This document shows positions 38,520-51,784 of a stretch of DNA of 64,000 nt, piece after piece. The notes below the pieces were generated by a model that had not been told where the DNA came from, ran no database searches, and saw only the letters and a list, made by a program, of their open reading frames with translations. The translations under genes were made by a program, and so were the position numbers. The stretch's first letter is position 1. Each line of letters begins with the position of its first letter. The stretch is from assembly GCF_006345805.1 (NCBI RefSeq), contig NC_043002.1, positions 12,896,001 through 12,960,000 of the forward strand. The letters are read 5' to 3'. Origin of the DNA: Octopus sinensis. Its lineage: Eukaryota.

Positions 38520-39269
38520 TATATATAATCTATGATATTCTAGTAAGTTTCAAGTTTAAAACACCTTGATTTCTCATGTTATGTCATTTTATATGCCTAA
38601 GACGTTTATTTTCTATTCTGGTTATTATATATTTCTGTACATTATATTTGTATCTATAATTTATTTTAAGCCGAAACATAATACGATCCTTGTACGAATG
38701 AAAGAAGAAGAATGTCCTCTGAAACTTTTATCTTCCACCGGTGTTTGTAATCGATGGTACATGTGCGATGATTTTGCGACTATCACCTATGTTACAGAGA
38801 AATTGGAAGCCCCGAATGTAAGCCACCACTTTATGCATAATTCAATATTTATATTTCTCTATTTCTAACTGAAATTCTGTCCTCAATAATTATAGATCTC
38901 TATTTCTAAATGTAATTCTTTTTCTTCACGTTCAGCTTATAAGACGCATTCTTGTCTGTCTCTTGACAAATCTTTTTTTCTCCAGCGTTCACCACTTCAC
39001 CTCGTTAGGGTTAAACCGCCCTAACCGAACGTTTTCACTGTCCTGTTTTTGTTAGCAGCTTTGACGTTCCATGTATCTCAAATTTTATTTAATTTGCTTT
39101 GGGGTGCAATTGCTTTGATGAAGACGCATCTCGTTTCAATGCTCGCTATGCGGAGTAGGTAAATCTGCAAACAACTGAGGAAGGGTTATCTTTTATGCTG
39201 CCTTCGTGCTATAGTTCCCTATATATAATTGAAATTCTGTTTCTTACATTCATTCTTGCCAAGCCAAGC

Positions 39270-39800
39270 CATAGCGCCGACAGTGGTGTCGTAGCCATGG
39301 ACCCGTGAGTACAGATCCTGGTAGTACTGCACCCGTGTATCCATTTGCTTGCTTTGGTCCTTGATGAGATCTCCAGTAGTTGATTTCAGAGGGGCTGACT
39401 TGGTAGCGGATGGACCGAGGGCCTTCTTCAAACCGGCATACATCCCACGGGTGTCGTCACTGTCTGCAGCTGACTTGATACTCTGACAGATTTCCTGCTA
39501 ATACCTATTTACACAGCGTCTGGCGGTCAGTTGGGCTTTATTTCTTGCCTTTCTGAGTTCTTCGTGTGACTTTGTAGAAGAATCACTCTTGTATTGCATC
39601 AGAGCTGCACGCTTTGCTTCGATAACTGTTTCCAGCTCTGAGAGCCTAGCACTGAACACAGTCTGGGTTTTGCCTTTCTCTGATGCCGAAAGTATCTATT
39701 GATACAAATCTTCCCTGATATAATTCCACCTACTTTCAGCAGAGGAGGTTGGGCAGCTACTGAGGGCAACCATGATAGAAACAGCAAAACATTGTCACAG
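39270..39800 (-). mobile_element. RTE-clade LINE fragment (endonuclease-RT linker)
   Basis: MYAGLKKALGPSATKSAPLKSTTGDLIKDQSKQM, typical of RTE/BovB-like ORFs. Confidence 0.7.
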
Positions 39801-40854
39801 TGTAGGGTCCGAGGTTCTGGCAGTGTTAATGCGTGGTCGGCCCACTTTCTTGGAGCGATGGACTTTTTGAGGCAGAATCCTCACCCTGCTTCTTATTAGT
39901 GAATAATGTATGTCACAATCCGCACTAGGGTAACTACGGGTCAGTTGAGCAGAATTCAGAAAGGATCTTCGTGTAATGATGAGATCCAGCTGATGCCAGT
40001 GGTGAGATCTTGGATGTCTCCAAGATGCCTTGTGGGATGTCTCTGGCCATTGTCATTCATGTTGCCAATACCAAAACACATACACTTACATATATACATA
40101 CACATATATATACGATTGATTTGTTTCATTTCCTGTCCACGAAATCCACACACACACACACACACACACATACACACACATATATATGTATGCACACACA
40201 TACACACACACACAAAGATACATTGATAGATACAACTGAGTGGTCAAACAAAAATATGAGACACTTCGTAGTGCTGTTTTATATTTTGATAAGCCTGGTA
40301 CTTATTCTATCAGTTTCTTCTTGTGAAACCAGTAAGTTATGGGGATGTAAATAAACGAATACCAGTTGTGAAGCAATGATGAGGGAGAAACACCAAGACA
40401 CACACATAGACTTACAGATATTCATACAAATACATACAATTGATTTCTTTCAGTTTCTGTCTACAAAATCCACTGAAAAGGCTTTGTTTGGTCTAAGGCT
40501 ATAGCAGAAGACACATGCCAAGTTACCACACTGTGGGACTGAACTGAGGACCATGTGTTTTGGAACCAAGTTTGTTACCACGCAGCCACACCTGCACCTA
40601 TGTGTGCGTGTGCGCGCGCGCGTGTGTGTGTGTGCGTTTGTGTGCGTGTGTGCGTGTGGGGGTATCGGTGTGTGTGTGTATGGGTGTATATATGTATGCA
40701 TGTATATATATGTATATACATATATATGTGCACATATTATATGTACATCTATATATACATCTAGACATACATGTTTACATATACATGTATACATATGCAG
40801 CTATACATATACATGCATACATATATATCTATATATACACACACATATATATAT

Positions 40855-40919
<65 letters not shown>

Positions 40920-41634
40920 ATATACATCCATATACATTCAGTAGAGAGATGATTTTGTTTCACTTTTAACACGTAATACTGAAATAGTGGAGAAGATGTG
41001 ATATTGCCGTGGGCTCGCCCTAGGCAAGAAGTTCAGCATTTTTTTGCCCATGACACTACATGGACCCTAAGTATGGCATGTGTAAAATTTGAATAAAATT
41101 GGTCGTGTAGTTCTGAAGTTTTAGGGATTCACACAGACAGACAGACACACACACATTCTCAATTTTAAATATATATATATAGATGTATTGTTCAGTTTAA
41201 AATTGCGAACGAATCCAGCTGTAAATACGGACTTTTCAGTACAATACCGCTTACTGTGCCTACATGATTGAAAAGCGATTGAGCAAAGGAATATATTTTT
41301 GTTTTATTTATGATCATTTAAAGTGTTTTAGGGTGTCATACTTATTGTTGTATCTAAATATCAATCTACACGTTGCAATACGGCCTAGATAAATGTCAAA
41401 TCACTAGCCATAAATGTAAATATATTGTGAAGGCACATGGCCAGAAGTTGTAAAACCAAGCTGTCTGCCGGAAGTTAAAAAGGGGCAAATACTTGACAGC
41501 AATCAGTTGTTTCATGAAACTTGTTCCCGTTTTGTTATACTGAGTAGAATGCATTAACATTATTTATATATATTTATTTAAATTTTTAATTATTCAATAA
41601 ATTCTGTTGAAGAATGACAATAAATAACTAAGCA

Positions 41635-41770
41635 GTGAATTATGCTTTAAAACCCTTTATTTTTTATTAATATGCAAATGGAGTCATTTCTGCCTCGAAA
41701 GTCACATTCTGGGTTATTTATAAATTTGTTGGGAAGGATCATTTATCAATATTAAGGTCACTTCTGACAA
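41635..41770 (-). pseudogene. Orphan duplicate of terminal exon 3 (relic of a partial gene duplication, or an alternative last exon of gene C)
   Basis: Homologous to 45197-45065. Two candidate acceptors (tatttcag| at 41770, gtcag|AA at 41763). AATAAA at 41661-41656 and 41668-41663. No exon 2 copy between it and the duplicated intron-1 segment. Confidence 0.6.
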
Positions 41771-42079
41771 CTGAAATACAGAAATACAGGTATTTATAGG
41801 CTAAAAGCATCTGTTAAAACTACAGCAAGATCTACTGCTTCGAAATATACTATTGGCGGATCAGAGGAATATACGTTCTTGGTGAACGCGACTGGAACGG
41901 CATTAAATTAAAATAATCAACTCTGCATAATACTTACCGCATATAAACTGGTCAGGGGCTGGATACTACAGATTGCCCCCTAAGAAAAGCCAAAAATCTC
42001 TTCACAGTCATAATATATTAAGGAATGTCATGAGAATGACGAATGCATTTTGCTCTGCGTACACTTAATTTTTGAGGAA

Positions 42080-42418
42080 GGGGCCAGTCGATTATATCGG
42101 CCCTAGTACGCAACTGGTACTTGATTTATCGAACCCGAAATGACGCAAGGCAAAATCGACCGCGGGGAAATTTGAACACAGAACGTAAAGACAAAAGAAA
42201 TACCTATTTCTTTACTACCCACAAGGGGCTAAACACAGAAGGGACAAACAAGGACAGACAAACGGATTAAGTTGATTATATCGACCCCAGTGCGTAACTG
42301 GTACTTATTTAATCGACTCCGAAAGGATGAAAGGCAAAGCCGACCTCGGCGGAAATAGAACTCAGAACGTAACGGCAGACGAAATACCGCTACGTATTTC
42401 GCCCGGCGTGCTAACGTA
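42080..42418 (-). mobile_element. CORE-type SINE, dimeric form
   Basis: Two units joined by the same gaaatacc|tatttctttactacc junction as the 352-1350 array. Confidence 0.8.
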
Positions 42419-42431
42419 TATATTTATATAT

Positions 42432-42494
<63 letters not shown>

Positions 42495-42569
42495 CCTGAG
42501 AGGGATAAATTGTCGCCATTATATATTTTATTTATTTCTCGTATGCACACTGTTTGTTTTTGATTTTGA

Positions 42570-43080
42570 CAAGTGCACAGTATAGTGGGTCAGTTGGAAA
42601 TTTGGAAACGACATGCTGTACTGCTTGACATTCGCACCAAAAACTTCAGAGTATTTTGGTGGACAGTATTTGGGAGGACATTACAGAGGATTAGGAAAAA
42701 ATTGGATGAGTCCAATGGTGGTTACGAAGGTACGGTAGATCGGAAACCTTACTCTGATCGTTCTGATAAGAAAGGAACTCCTGAATTTGTTGCTGATATC
42801 CAGTCCTCAATTGACAACGTTCTTTGCAAGTCAATCAGGTCCGTCGCCAGAGACATATGTGTGTTTGAGGTTTTTATCAGGCAAGTAGAGTATGAAGACG
42901 TCGGTATTCCTCATACTAGATAAGGAAGGGACAATTTGTATCTCGAGCCATCAAAGACAAGTGGAAAACCACGCTATAAAGTTTTTCAACAAATTCAAGC
43001 ATCCCCTCTAACCCAATATGCTATGGATTTTCTCAGACGAGAAAAATTTCTGCCAGGATCAGATGGTGAACACACGGGAA
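42570..43080 (+). mobile_element. maT/DD37D-like transposase fragment
   Basis: ...RSDKKGTPEFVADIQSSIDN..., WIFSDEKNFCQDQMVN motifs. Confidence 0.7.
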
Positions 43081-43387
43081 GAAATTATCCATGAAAACAG
43101 TTTTGCATGTAATCTGAAATAAATGTCATGTCACATTCACTAAAACTAATTACATTATGTGGCTACGAGAGAGCTTCTAGTTGGTCACTTTATATGTTTA
43201 GCCACATCTCTTTCAGAGTATCTCACACATCCTCATATTATGTGCCTTCCCAGTAGACATTTTATGTCGGTGAATAAGATATGCGAAATATTTGGTCTTG
43301 TAATTTCTCGCAGGTGTATATCACCACATGAAGTAGACTCGATGGCTCATTTTTACAACGATAGCACTGCTTTATGCTGTCAACGTA

Positions 43388-43838
43388 GTGGAGGCGCAAT
43401 GGCCCAGTGGTTAGAGCAGCGGACTCGCGGTCGTAGGATCGAGGTTTCGATTCTTAGACCGGGCATTGTGAGTGTTTATTGAGCGAAAACACCTAAAGGG
43501 GGTGGTGGGGAACCCTGCTGTACTCTTTCACCACAACTTTCTCTCACTCTTTCTTCCTGTTTCTCTTGTACCAGTTTTTCAAAGGGCCAGCCTTGTCACA
43601 CTCTGTGTCACGCTGAATCTCCTCGAGAACTACATTAAGGGTACACGTGTCTGTGGAGTGCTCAACCACTTGCACGTTAATAAATGATAACATCGGCGGC
43701 GTGGAGAGGGGAGGCTGGTATGCGCGGGCGACTGCTGGTCTTCCACAAACAACCTTGCCGAGACTTGTACCTCGGAGGGTAACTTTCTAGGTGCAATTCC
43801 ATGGTCATTCATGACCGAAGGAGGTCATTTGCATTTTC
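43388..43838 (+). mobile_element. SINE family 3, tail type 2
   Basis: 14-bp TSD atgctgtcaacgta (43374-43387, 43839-43852); empty paralogous site at 51375-51388. Confidence 0.9.
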
Positions 43839-45064
43839 ATGCTGTCAACGTATTGCAGTTAAAATATAAATAAACCGATGTTGAGATGTATTCAGAGAAG
43901 ATGCGAGAGAGTGTAACTTTACGATTGCTAAAGAAGATAAATATTGCCCTAGAAGTGTGGTGACATAGGATCTCTCATAAATACTCTGAGAGTACTTGAT
44001 GGTTTGGACGCAAGTCTACCTGTTGCAATTCGTTTGCAATTGCAACAAAGATTTGAATGTCATCTCATCTTGGTAAGCGAGAAATGAAAAAAAATGAACA
44101 ATAAGTTGACAAATACTTGAAGTGTTTTCAATCACCGCGTAAATATTTTTAATTACCTTTCTCTAGTGTTAACTATGCCAGCTCTAAGTTATCTTTTCAT
44201 TTCGTACATTGACATAGAAATACGGATACGTGTGGTGGTGGGGGATCGCACTTAGTTTCAACAGACTGGATCACGTGACAGTCAACTTTGTGACTTTGTT
44301 TTATTTTTCGTCTTTTACCGAAAGAATGAAAGAATGAGAGAATGAAGGTGCGTATCCTAGTGTTTAGGGTGTGGCACTCACGATCGGAAGATTATTTTTT
44401 GAGGTTCCGCCTGGAGTGAGCGGTATTTTGTGTTCCTTATTTCACGTTGATCCAGTTCACCCATTAGTGAGTAATCCTGCGATGGACTGGCGTCCTGTCC
44501 AGGATGTTTGTTCTGACCGCGCACATATATGCTAGGGAAATCGTATAACCGGCCCCAAGTGTTCTCGAAATCAAAATGTTCAATAATGTGTATGCCCTCC
44601 CTGGGTGTTCAAAACGGCAATACAACTTCGGTACATGGGGGTGGTTCCCAAAACACTTTGGCACCTGTGACCACACCCTGAGGAAAGCTGCCTCCACGTC
44701 CAGCCATTTAGTTATAGGGGCTATGGAAAGTGCGGGTGAAATGTTTCCCTGTAGTTAAAAGTTCATTACAAAGTATCCCTAAAGGGCTCAACAGATCGAT
44801 AGAAGAAATAAGCATAAAACGTAGTTTAGTGCGACTTCAGAAACAATATCATTAGGGATTTGACTGAATACTTAGTCAAACCAAGCTGTTTGCCGGAAGT
44901 TAAAAAGGGGGGAAATATATGACAGTAATCAGCTGTTTCGTCAAACTTGTTAACCTTTCAGTATATTTAGTTGAATACATAAAACTTATTTATATATTCA
45001 TTTAAATTTCAATAAATTCTGTTGAATAAAGGCAATAAATACCAAAGCAATGAAAAGACAATGC

Positions 45065-45197
45065 AGTGAATTATGCTTTAAAACACTTTATTTTTGTATA
45101 AAAATGCAATTGAAGTAATCTCAGCTTCGACGCTTGCATCGGGTTTTTTTTATATGAATTCGTTGGGAGGGATCATTTCGGAAGCTCAAAGTGATTT
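45065..45197 (-). other. Gene C terminal exon 3 (AA of split TAA stop + 3' UTR)
   Basis: Strong acceptor tttttttttattttcag|AAATC; AATAAA at 45092-45087, 105 nt from the acceptor. 3' end approximate. Confidence 0.72.
45087..45092 (-). terminator. Polyadenylation signal of gene C
   Basis: AATAAA followed by a GTGTTTT/U-rich tract; conserved position. Confidence 0.62.
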
Positions 45198-46625
45198 CTG
45201 AAAATAAAAAAAAACAGATTTTTAAAGAGTAAAATCATTTCAGTTAACTTCATCTGTTAAAAATACTGCAAGATCTGCTCCATAAAACGATGCTATTGTG
45301 GATCAGAGGAATATATGTTCGTGACATATGTTCTTGGTGTACGTGATTGAAACGGCCTTAAATTAAAATCTCTGCTTATAAACCGGTGAGAGGCTGGTTA
45401 CTACAGATTCTCCTCTGTGAAAAAAACCTCTTCACAGACATGTAGTTTTGTAAGCATAATATATTAAAGAAAGTAATGAGAACGCCTCTTATATTTTGCC
45501 CTGCGTACAACGAAGTTTTATTCAGCTCGTCGGCTATTCGCAATATCAGTGCATATATTATTTACTGTTTCCTTTATATCCGGGAGGACAGGCATCATCT
45601 ATGCACATGACTGGTAAGTACACATCATTGACAATGTCCAAGGAGGCCAAAATGGACCTGGCGTTTGCGAGAATCGCTACCAAGGCGACATTTTCGTGTT
45701 GTTTCTATCTATATATTTTGTTTTTGAATCATACCTGTCAATGATGTGTATTTATGATAAATAGAAAAGTATATAACTTCCTTATACTAAAGAGATTGGT
45801 GTGTTAAGTGACGTGAATTGGTTTATACCAAGAACGAAGACCTTAATAGTGATTTGGCTCATTGATTGTAATGTATATTTGAAATTTAAATCTAATTATA
45901 TAAGATCAATTCGTGAAATTCAACTGCATAATCTATATTTCGTTAATGGACACAAGACAGTTCAGAGAAATAAAACTGTTAGAGGATTCGAACTTTGATG
46001 TTATAATATCGAAATATTGTAAACATTGTTACGCATTTAGCCTTGCATTCTATCTTTGCGACATGTTCACGTACTTTTAGTCGAAAATATATGCAAGATG
46101 ATAGCACGTTCGCATCAGAGATAATAAAAGGAAGTTTTAATGACCCTACTCTGAAGTAAGCACCCTATCGGGTAACATTGCTCCAAAGATTCTTCGAAGG
46201 AATCATGTTTCGGACTCTTTTATTTACTTGTACTTTAGGAAAAAATAGAAATATTTGACAATTTAATTTTTCGGGCTCTTCAAAATACAGAGACTACTAA
46301 AAGTTCTGGGATGTTAAGAACGCAGTGGACCCATGGTTCTGCTTACGAAGCAGTTAGTTCGAGCTTGTTTTTGAATGGCTGAGATGACTTCTGCACTGAA
46401 ATTATATTTCTTTAAATAAACTTTTCTTCTCGTTTTCTTATATATTAACTTCACAATCTTTATAAAGAAGCCCTTGGAGATTAACCACGGAGAAATTCAC
46501 GACCGAACAACGAGCATAAATGTTTAGCGAATATGATTCTAGAACTTCTATATTACGAAATTTTAGGAATTTCATCACAAGAAACAAATGTCATAGAAGG
46601 AACAATGATAAAAGAAAATACTCAC

Positions 46626-46805
46626 AAACGACCCTGCAGTTGGCTTTACCGGGATTGGTACATCTTTGTAGCTGGACGCTAAAATAAAGACCAGCTTGGC
46701 ATGCCATGGAAGGATAAGAGGTTCGGTTGAAGCAAGGAATATACCTGGTACAATCTTGTGGGTCACGGTTATTTCCGTATGCGAATGGGTTACAGAGAGG
46801 ATCAT
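46626..46805 (-). CDS. Gene C exon 2: CBM14 domain 2
   Basis: ttttacag|ATGAT acceptor and GTTT|gtgagt donor; 180 nt, phase 1-1. 63% aa identical to gene B exon 2 (hand count). Confidence 0.9.
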
Positions 46806-47379
46806 CTGTAAAACAAATTAAATAAAATATTGGCACAAGGTCAGCAATTTTGTGTGTGTGTGTGTGTATATGTGTGGTGAGGTATGTTGAATGTATCGAT
46901 TCCTGTGCTCAGCTGGTATTTACATAATCGAACTCCCAAATATCTGTAAGATAAGGTCGACGTCGGCGGATTTAAATATAATATCAATAATCGTTTACAA
47001 TCACTTATGTTCAGTATTTCATGTTGTCATGGGGGCCAAGTTGATAGAAATGTTAGAGAGTCGGCGGGGAGGGGGGACTACCTTGTGATATTTATTCCGA
47101 ATTTTTGTATTCTGAGGTCGAGATCGATAGCATAAAGCACAAGTAAAGTATTGTGATCGGTGGTATCGATTATTCCACTCCACTCAAAATTGGTGAACTC
47201 GCGCCTCAGTTAGAAACCGGTATTTCTAACATCTAACATAGAATTTATCACACGTGACCAACTGTAAGCAGACGATAGATAATACTCGAATTTAATGCAA
47301 TTTAGAAAAATTGTCACGATGTACAGACTTTATCTATATATCTCTATCTGTCTTTTTGTCTGAGACACTCTCTTTTGCC

Positions 47380-47781
<402 letters not shown>

Positions 47782-48362
47782 AAGATGGAGGGGGAAATAG
47801 CACTGAAAGTAAATCTAAGACATTTCAATTTCAGAAGGAATTTAATGAAAATGATTTTAAAATTATATAAAGAAAATATTACTGGTACTGAATTTCATCT
47901 TATCAAATAGTAAAATTTTATAAAAATTGAAGTAAAAACAGTTTCTTTTGATCACAGAGTCTCCAGACCCACACTTGACCATTTTCAGGAAATACAGCAA
48001 ATCTGGACTCATCAGAGAATATGACAGTGTCCAAACATACTAGTGGCCTCTTCACTGGCTCAATCTATTATCCGCTTGATGTTGGCTTGTCGAAGAAGAG
48101 GCTTCCATCTTGCCGATCTGCCATATTAACCAAGATTTTGACTCCCATACAGAAGATAAACCGTTTTACTTCATATTCTTATAAATTTTTATAAACTTTT
48201 ATTGATATTTGATAAGATGTGATCCATCATCGAAAGCAGTAATATTTTCTTTATATAATTTTCAAATCATTTTATCAAATTCCTTCTTAGATTTACTACT
48301 CTGTTATTACCACCTCCATATTTTCTATTTTTGATTTGTATAGATCCCTAATCTCATTTCAA

Positions 48363-48422
<60 letters not shown>

Positions 48423-48498
48423 CACACATATATAATTTAATTAAAAGAAGTTTCAAACCCCTTCATGACTTTTCGTTCATATACACGTATATACACAG

Positions 48499-48885
48499 GT
48501 GGAGGCGCAATGGCCCAGTGGTTAGGGCAGCGGATTCGCGGTTGTAGGATCGCGGTTTCGATTCCCAGACCGGGCGTTGTGAGTGTTTATTGAGCGAAGA
48601 CACCTAAAGCTCCACGAGGCTCCGGCAGGGTATGGTGGTGATCCCTGCTGTACTCTTTCACCACAACTTTCTCTCACTCTTACTTCCTGTTTCTGTTGTA
48701 CCTGTATTTCAAGGGGCCGGTCTGGTCACTCTCTGTGTCACGCTGAATATCCCCGAGAACTAAGCTAAGGGTACACGTGTCTGTGGAGTGCTCAGCCACT
48801 TACACGCTAATTTCACGAGCAGGCTGTTCCGTTGATTCGGATCAACCGGAACCCTCGTCGTCGGAACCGACGGAGTGCTTCCACG
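48499..48885 (+). mobile_element. SINE family 3, tail type 3
   Basis: 10-bp TSD atatacacag (48489-48498, 48886-48895); inserted at the left end of a Tc1 element. Confidence 0.9.
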
Positions 48886-48890
48886 ATATA

Positions 48891-50080
48891 CACAGACATG
48901 ACAGAATTAAATAAAGACGCCATAAAATATCGCTTTATGTTTATTCTAACTTGTAAACGTTTATATTTTTTATTAATGACATTTTTATGTTTCAGGTCCT
49001 ACATGTGGCTGTTTAATCATGCCATGTACAAAAGAAGCCTTGAAACATTCTAGATATCCAAGAGGTCGTACTGTGTGTCATTCTGAAGGGGAACAGTCAG
49101 CTCAAAATCACAGAAAACGTTGGGATCACGCTTTCTACACTTAATAGAGAGATTGTGCAATTCACGAGAGAGGGAAAGGAGTCCACATCACTTCGCCTTG
49201 ATCAACCATGTCCCTCTGACAGGACCCTTCTCTTACGAAAGAGAAGCGTAGAGAGTAATTCTCGTTGCAAGGCGTCTGACATAGCAGAGGATGTTGATGT
49301 CAGTCCCAGAACAGCTGTCAGGTATCTCCACTAACTTGGTTACTATGGTAACAGCAAAAAGGAAGTACCTTTTTCGACCAGCCACATCAAGCGGAGAGAA
49401 GATTGGGTAAGTGCGATGGTGAAGATGTCACTAGCATTTTGGAACACTGTCAGATTTGCTCTATTTTCTGACAGTGATTGAGTGTGGTCTGGAGACTGTG
49501 ATCAAGAATTTCAAGTGAAAAGATTGCAGCCAACGATGAAACACGGAAGTTATTCTGTGATGGTCTGGGGAGCAATTTGGAGCAATGGTTGATAAGAACT
49601 GGGGGAGTGTGAAGGAAGCATAAACTCAGACAAATATGTGCCTATGTTGCAGAAAGGACTCCTTCCAATCTTTTCGAGTAGTGAAAGGATTACAGAAGAC
49701 CCAAGATTTGTTGGATGAGAATGGCATTAAAAAGATTTCATGGCCAAGCCAGTCACCAGATATGAATCCTATTGAACACCTCTGGGACATAATAGGCAAT
49801 ATACTTCATGAAAAGAACCAGAAAGCATCTGCAAAGCCGGAAATTTTGAGATTACTGCATGAAATTTGAGAATTTGACAAGACATTCCGCAAGAGAATTT
49901 CTGTCATCTGATCAGTAACAAGCCTAATAGGTTCCTTGCATTGAAAAATGCAAAGGGCGTGTCTACTAAATATTAAATATTCACATCAAAACAATTAATA
50001 AATACTTTGAATGTATATTTTCAGATTTAAATCAATTTTAGTATGTATAAAGGTGTCTGTTTACTTCTGTCGTTGCTGTG
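48891..50080 (+). mobile_element. Degenerate Tc1 (DD34E) element in gene C intron 1
   Basis: WPSQSPDMNPIEHLW motif; imperfect TIRs CACAG...GACAGAA. Confidence 0.82.
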
Positions 50081-50159
50081 TGTATGTATCTACGTGACAG
50101 CACTTACCTAGTGTACCTAATCGTTTAGATCACCTGTGAACTAAGCCCCCATATTTCGT

Positions 50160-50374
50160 ATGCATGCATGCATGTATGTATGTATGTATGTATGTATGTA
50201 TGTATGTATGTATGTATGTATGTATGTGTGTATGTATGCATACATGTATGTATGTATGTATGTATGTATGTATATACATATACATTTGTGAGTGTGTTTG
50301 TGAGTGTGCGTGTGTTTGTGAGTGTGTGTGTGTGCATGTGTGTGTGTGTGTGTGTTTGTGTGTGTGTATGTGTA

Positions 50375-50416
<42 letters not shown>

Positions 50417-50440
50417 GTGTGTGTGTGTGTGTGTGTGTTA
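50160..50440. repeat. Compound (TATG)n / (TG)n microsatellite
   Basis: Direct inspection. Confidence 0.95.
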
Positions 50441-50839
50441 TGCAAAATTACTAACGGTGAATAAATATGAATACAAAAAACGCAAATGTCTTCGTAAGCT
50501 GATTCAGAAGATAACGGAAAAGATACTGGGCTTTTCTGAAATATTCTAACACGATCTACAAATCTGTTGCAATATGTAATGTAAATTAAGTCGAAAATTA
50601 AAGATTTAAAGACTAAATGTAGAATTTAAAAATTGTAAGGGATAAAATATGCATGAAAACCGTTTTGCGTTTCATCTGAGAAATACTCAGAGACAGCAAT
50701 TAGATTATGTGTCTATGAGAGCGCTTTTATTTGGCCACTTTATATGTTTGACATAATAGCCACATTTCTTTCAGAGTATCTAAAGTATCCATATATATTA
50801 TATTAGGTGTCATCTCAATAGTCATTTTAAGTCGGCGAG

Positions 50840-51001
50840 GAAGGAGTGGCTGTGTGGTAAGTAGCTTGTTAACCAACCACATGGTTCCAGGTTCAGTCCC
50901 ACTGCGTGGCATCCTGGGCAAGTGTCCTCTGCTATAGCCCCGGGCCGACCAATGCCTTGTGAGTGGATTTGATGGACGGAAACTGAAAGAAACCTGTCGT
51001 A

Positions 51002-51052
<51 letters not shown>

Positions 51053-51263
51053 TTGTGTGTCTGTGTTTGTCCCCCTAGCATTGCTTGACAACCGATGCTG
51101 GAGCGTTTACGTCCCCGTCACTTAGCGGTTCGGCAAAAGAGACCGATAGAATAAGTACTGGGCTTACAAACAATAAGTCCCGGGGTCGATTTGCTCGACT
51201 AAAGGCGGTGCTACAGCATGGCCGCAGTCAAATGACTGAAACAAGTAAAAGAGTAAAAGAGTA
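50840..51263 (+). mobile_element. Family-2 SINE (gene C intron 1)
   Basis: Absent from the paralogous segment near 43280. Confidence 0.85.
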
Positions 51264-51784
51264 ATATATGAAATAGTTGTACTCGCAGGTTTATATGACC
51301 ACCTCCTGGCAGACTCCATATGACCACCTCTAGGCAGACTCCATGGTTCATTTTCACAACGATAGCACTGTTATATGTTGTCAACGTATTGATTGCAATT
51401 AAAATATAAATAAATAAACAGATGTTGAGATGTATTCAGAGAAGACGCAAGAGATTATACTTTTACGATTGCTAAAAAAGATAAATATTGCCCTAGAAGT
51501 GTGGTGAAATAGGATCCCTCATAAATATTCAAAGAGTACTTGATGGCTTGGACGCAAGTCTACCCGTTGCAATTCGTTTGCAAATGCCACGAAGACCTGA
51601 ATATCGTGTCATATTGGTAAGCGAGAAATAAAATTTATTAACACTCATTTGACAAATAATAGAGCTTTTTTTTTTAATCACCGCATAACTATTGCTAATT
51701 TCCTTTCTTTTTCTCTTGTGTTAACTACGTCAGCTGAAAGTTATGTTTCATTTCGTACATTGACATAGAAATACCGATACATGT

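Larger units (their letters stand above)
41455..45510. repeat. Segmental duplicate P (41455-42063 vs 44878-45510): intron-2 end, exon 3 and 3' flank
   Basis: Colinear similarity from aaaccaagctg...ccggaagttaaaaagggg to ttttgc(t/c)ctgcgtaca. Confidence 0.85.

Noticed and set aside
32296-39800. A single RTE element split by nested transposons
   Set aside because: The 32296-33945 piece has (TACA)n on both sides, indicating an independent 5'-truncated insertion.
16895-46626. Protocadherin/UGT1-like architecture with variable exon pairs spliced to one shared constant exon
   Set aside because: Considered while exon 3 seemed missing; each complete gene turned out to have its own homologous terminal exon and poly(A) signal.
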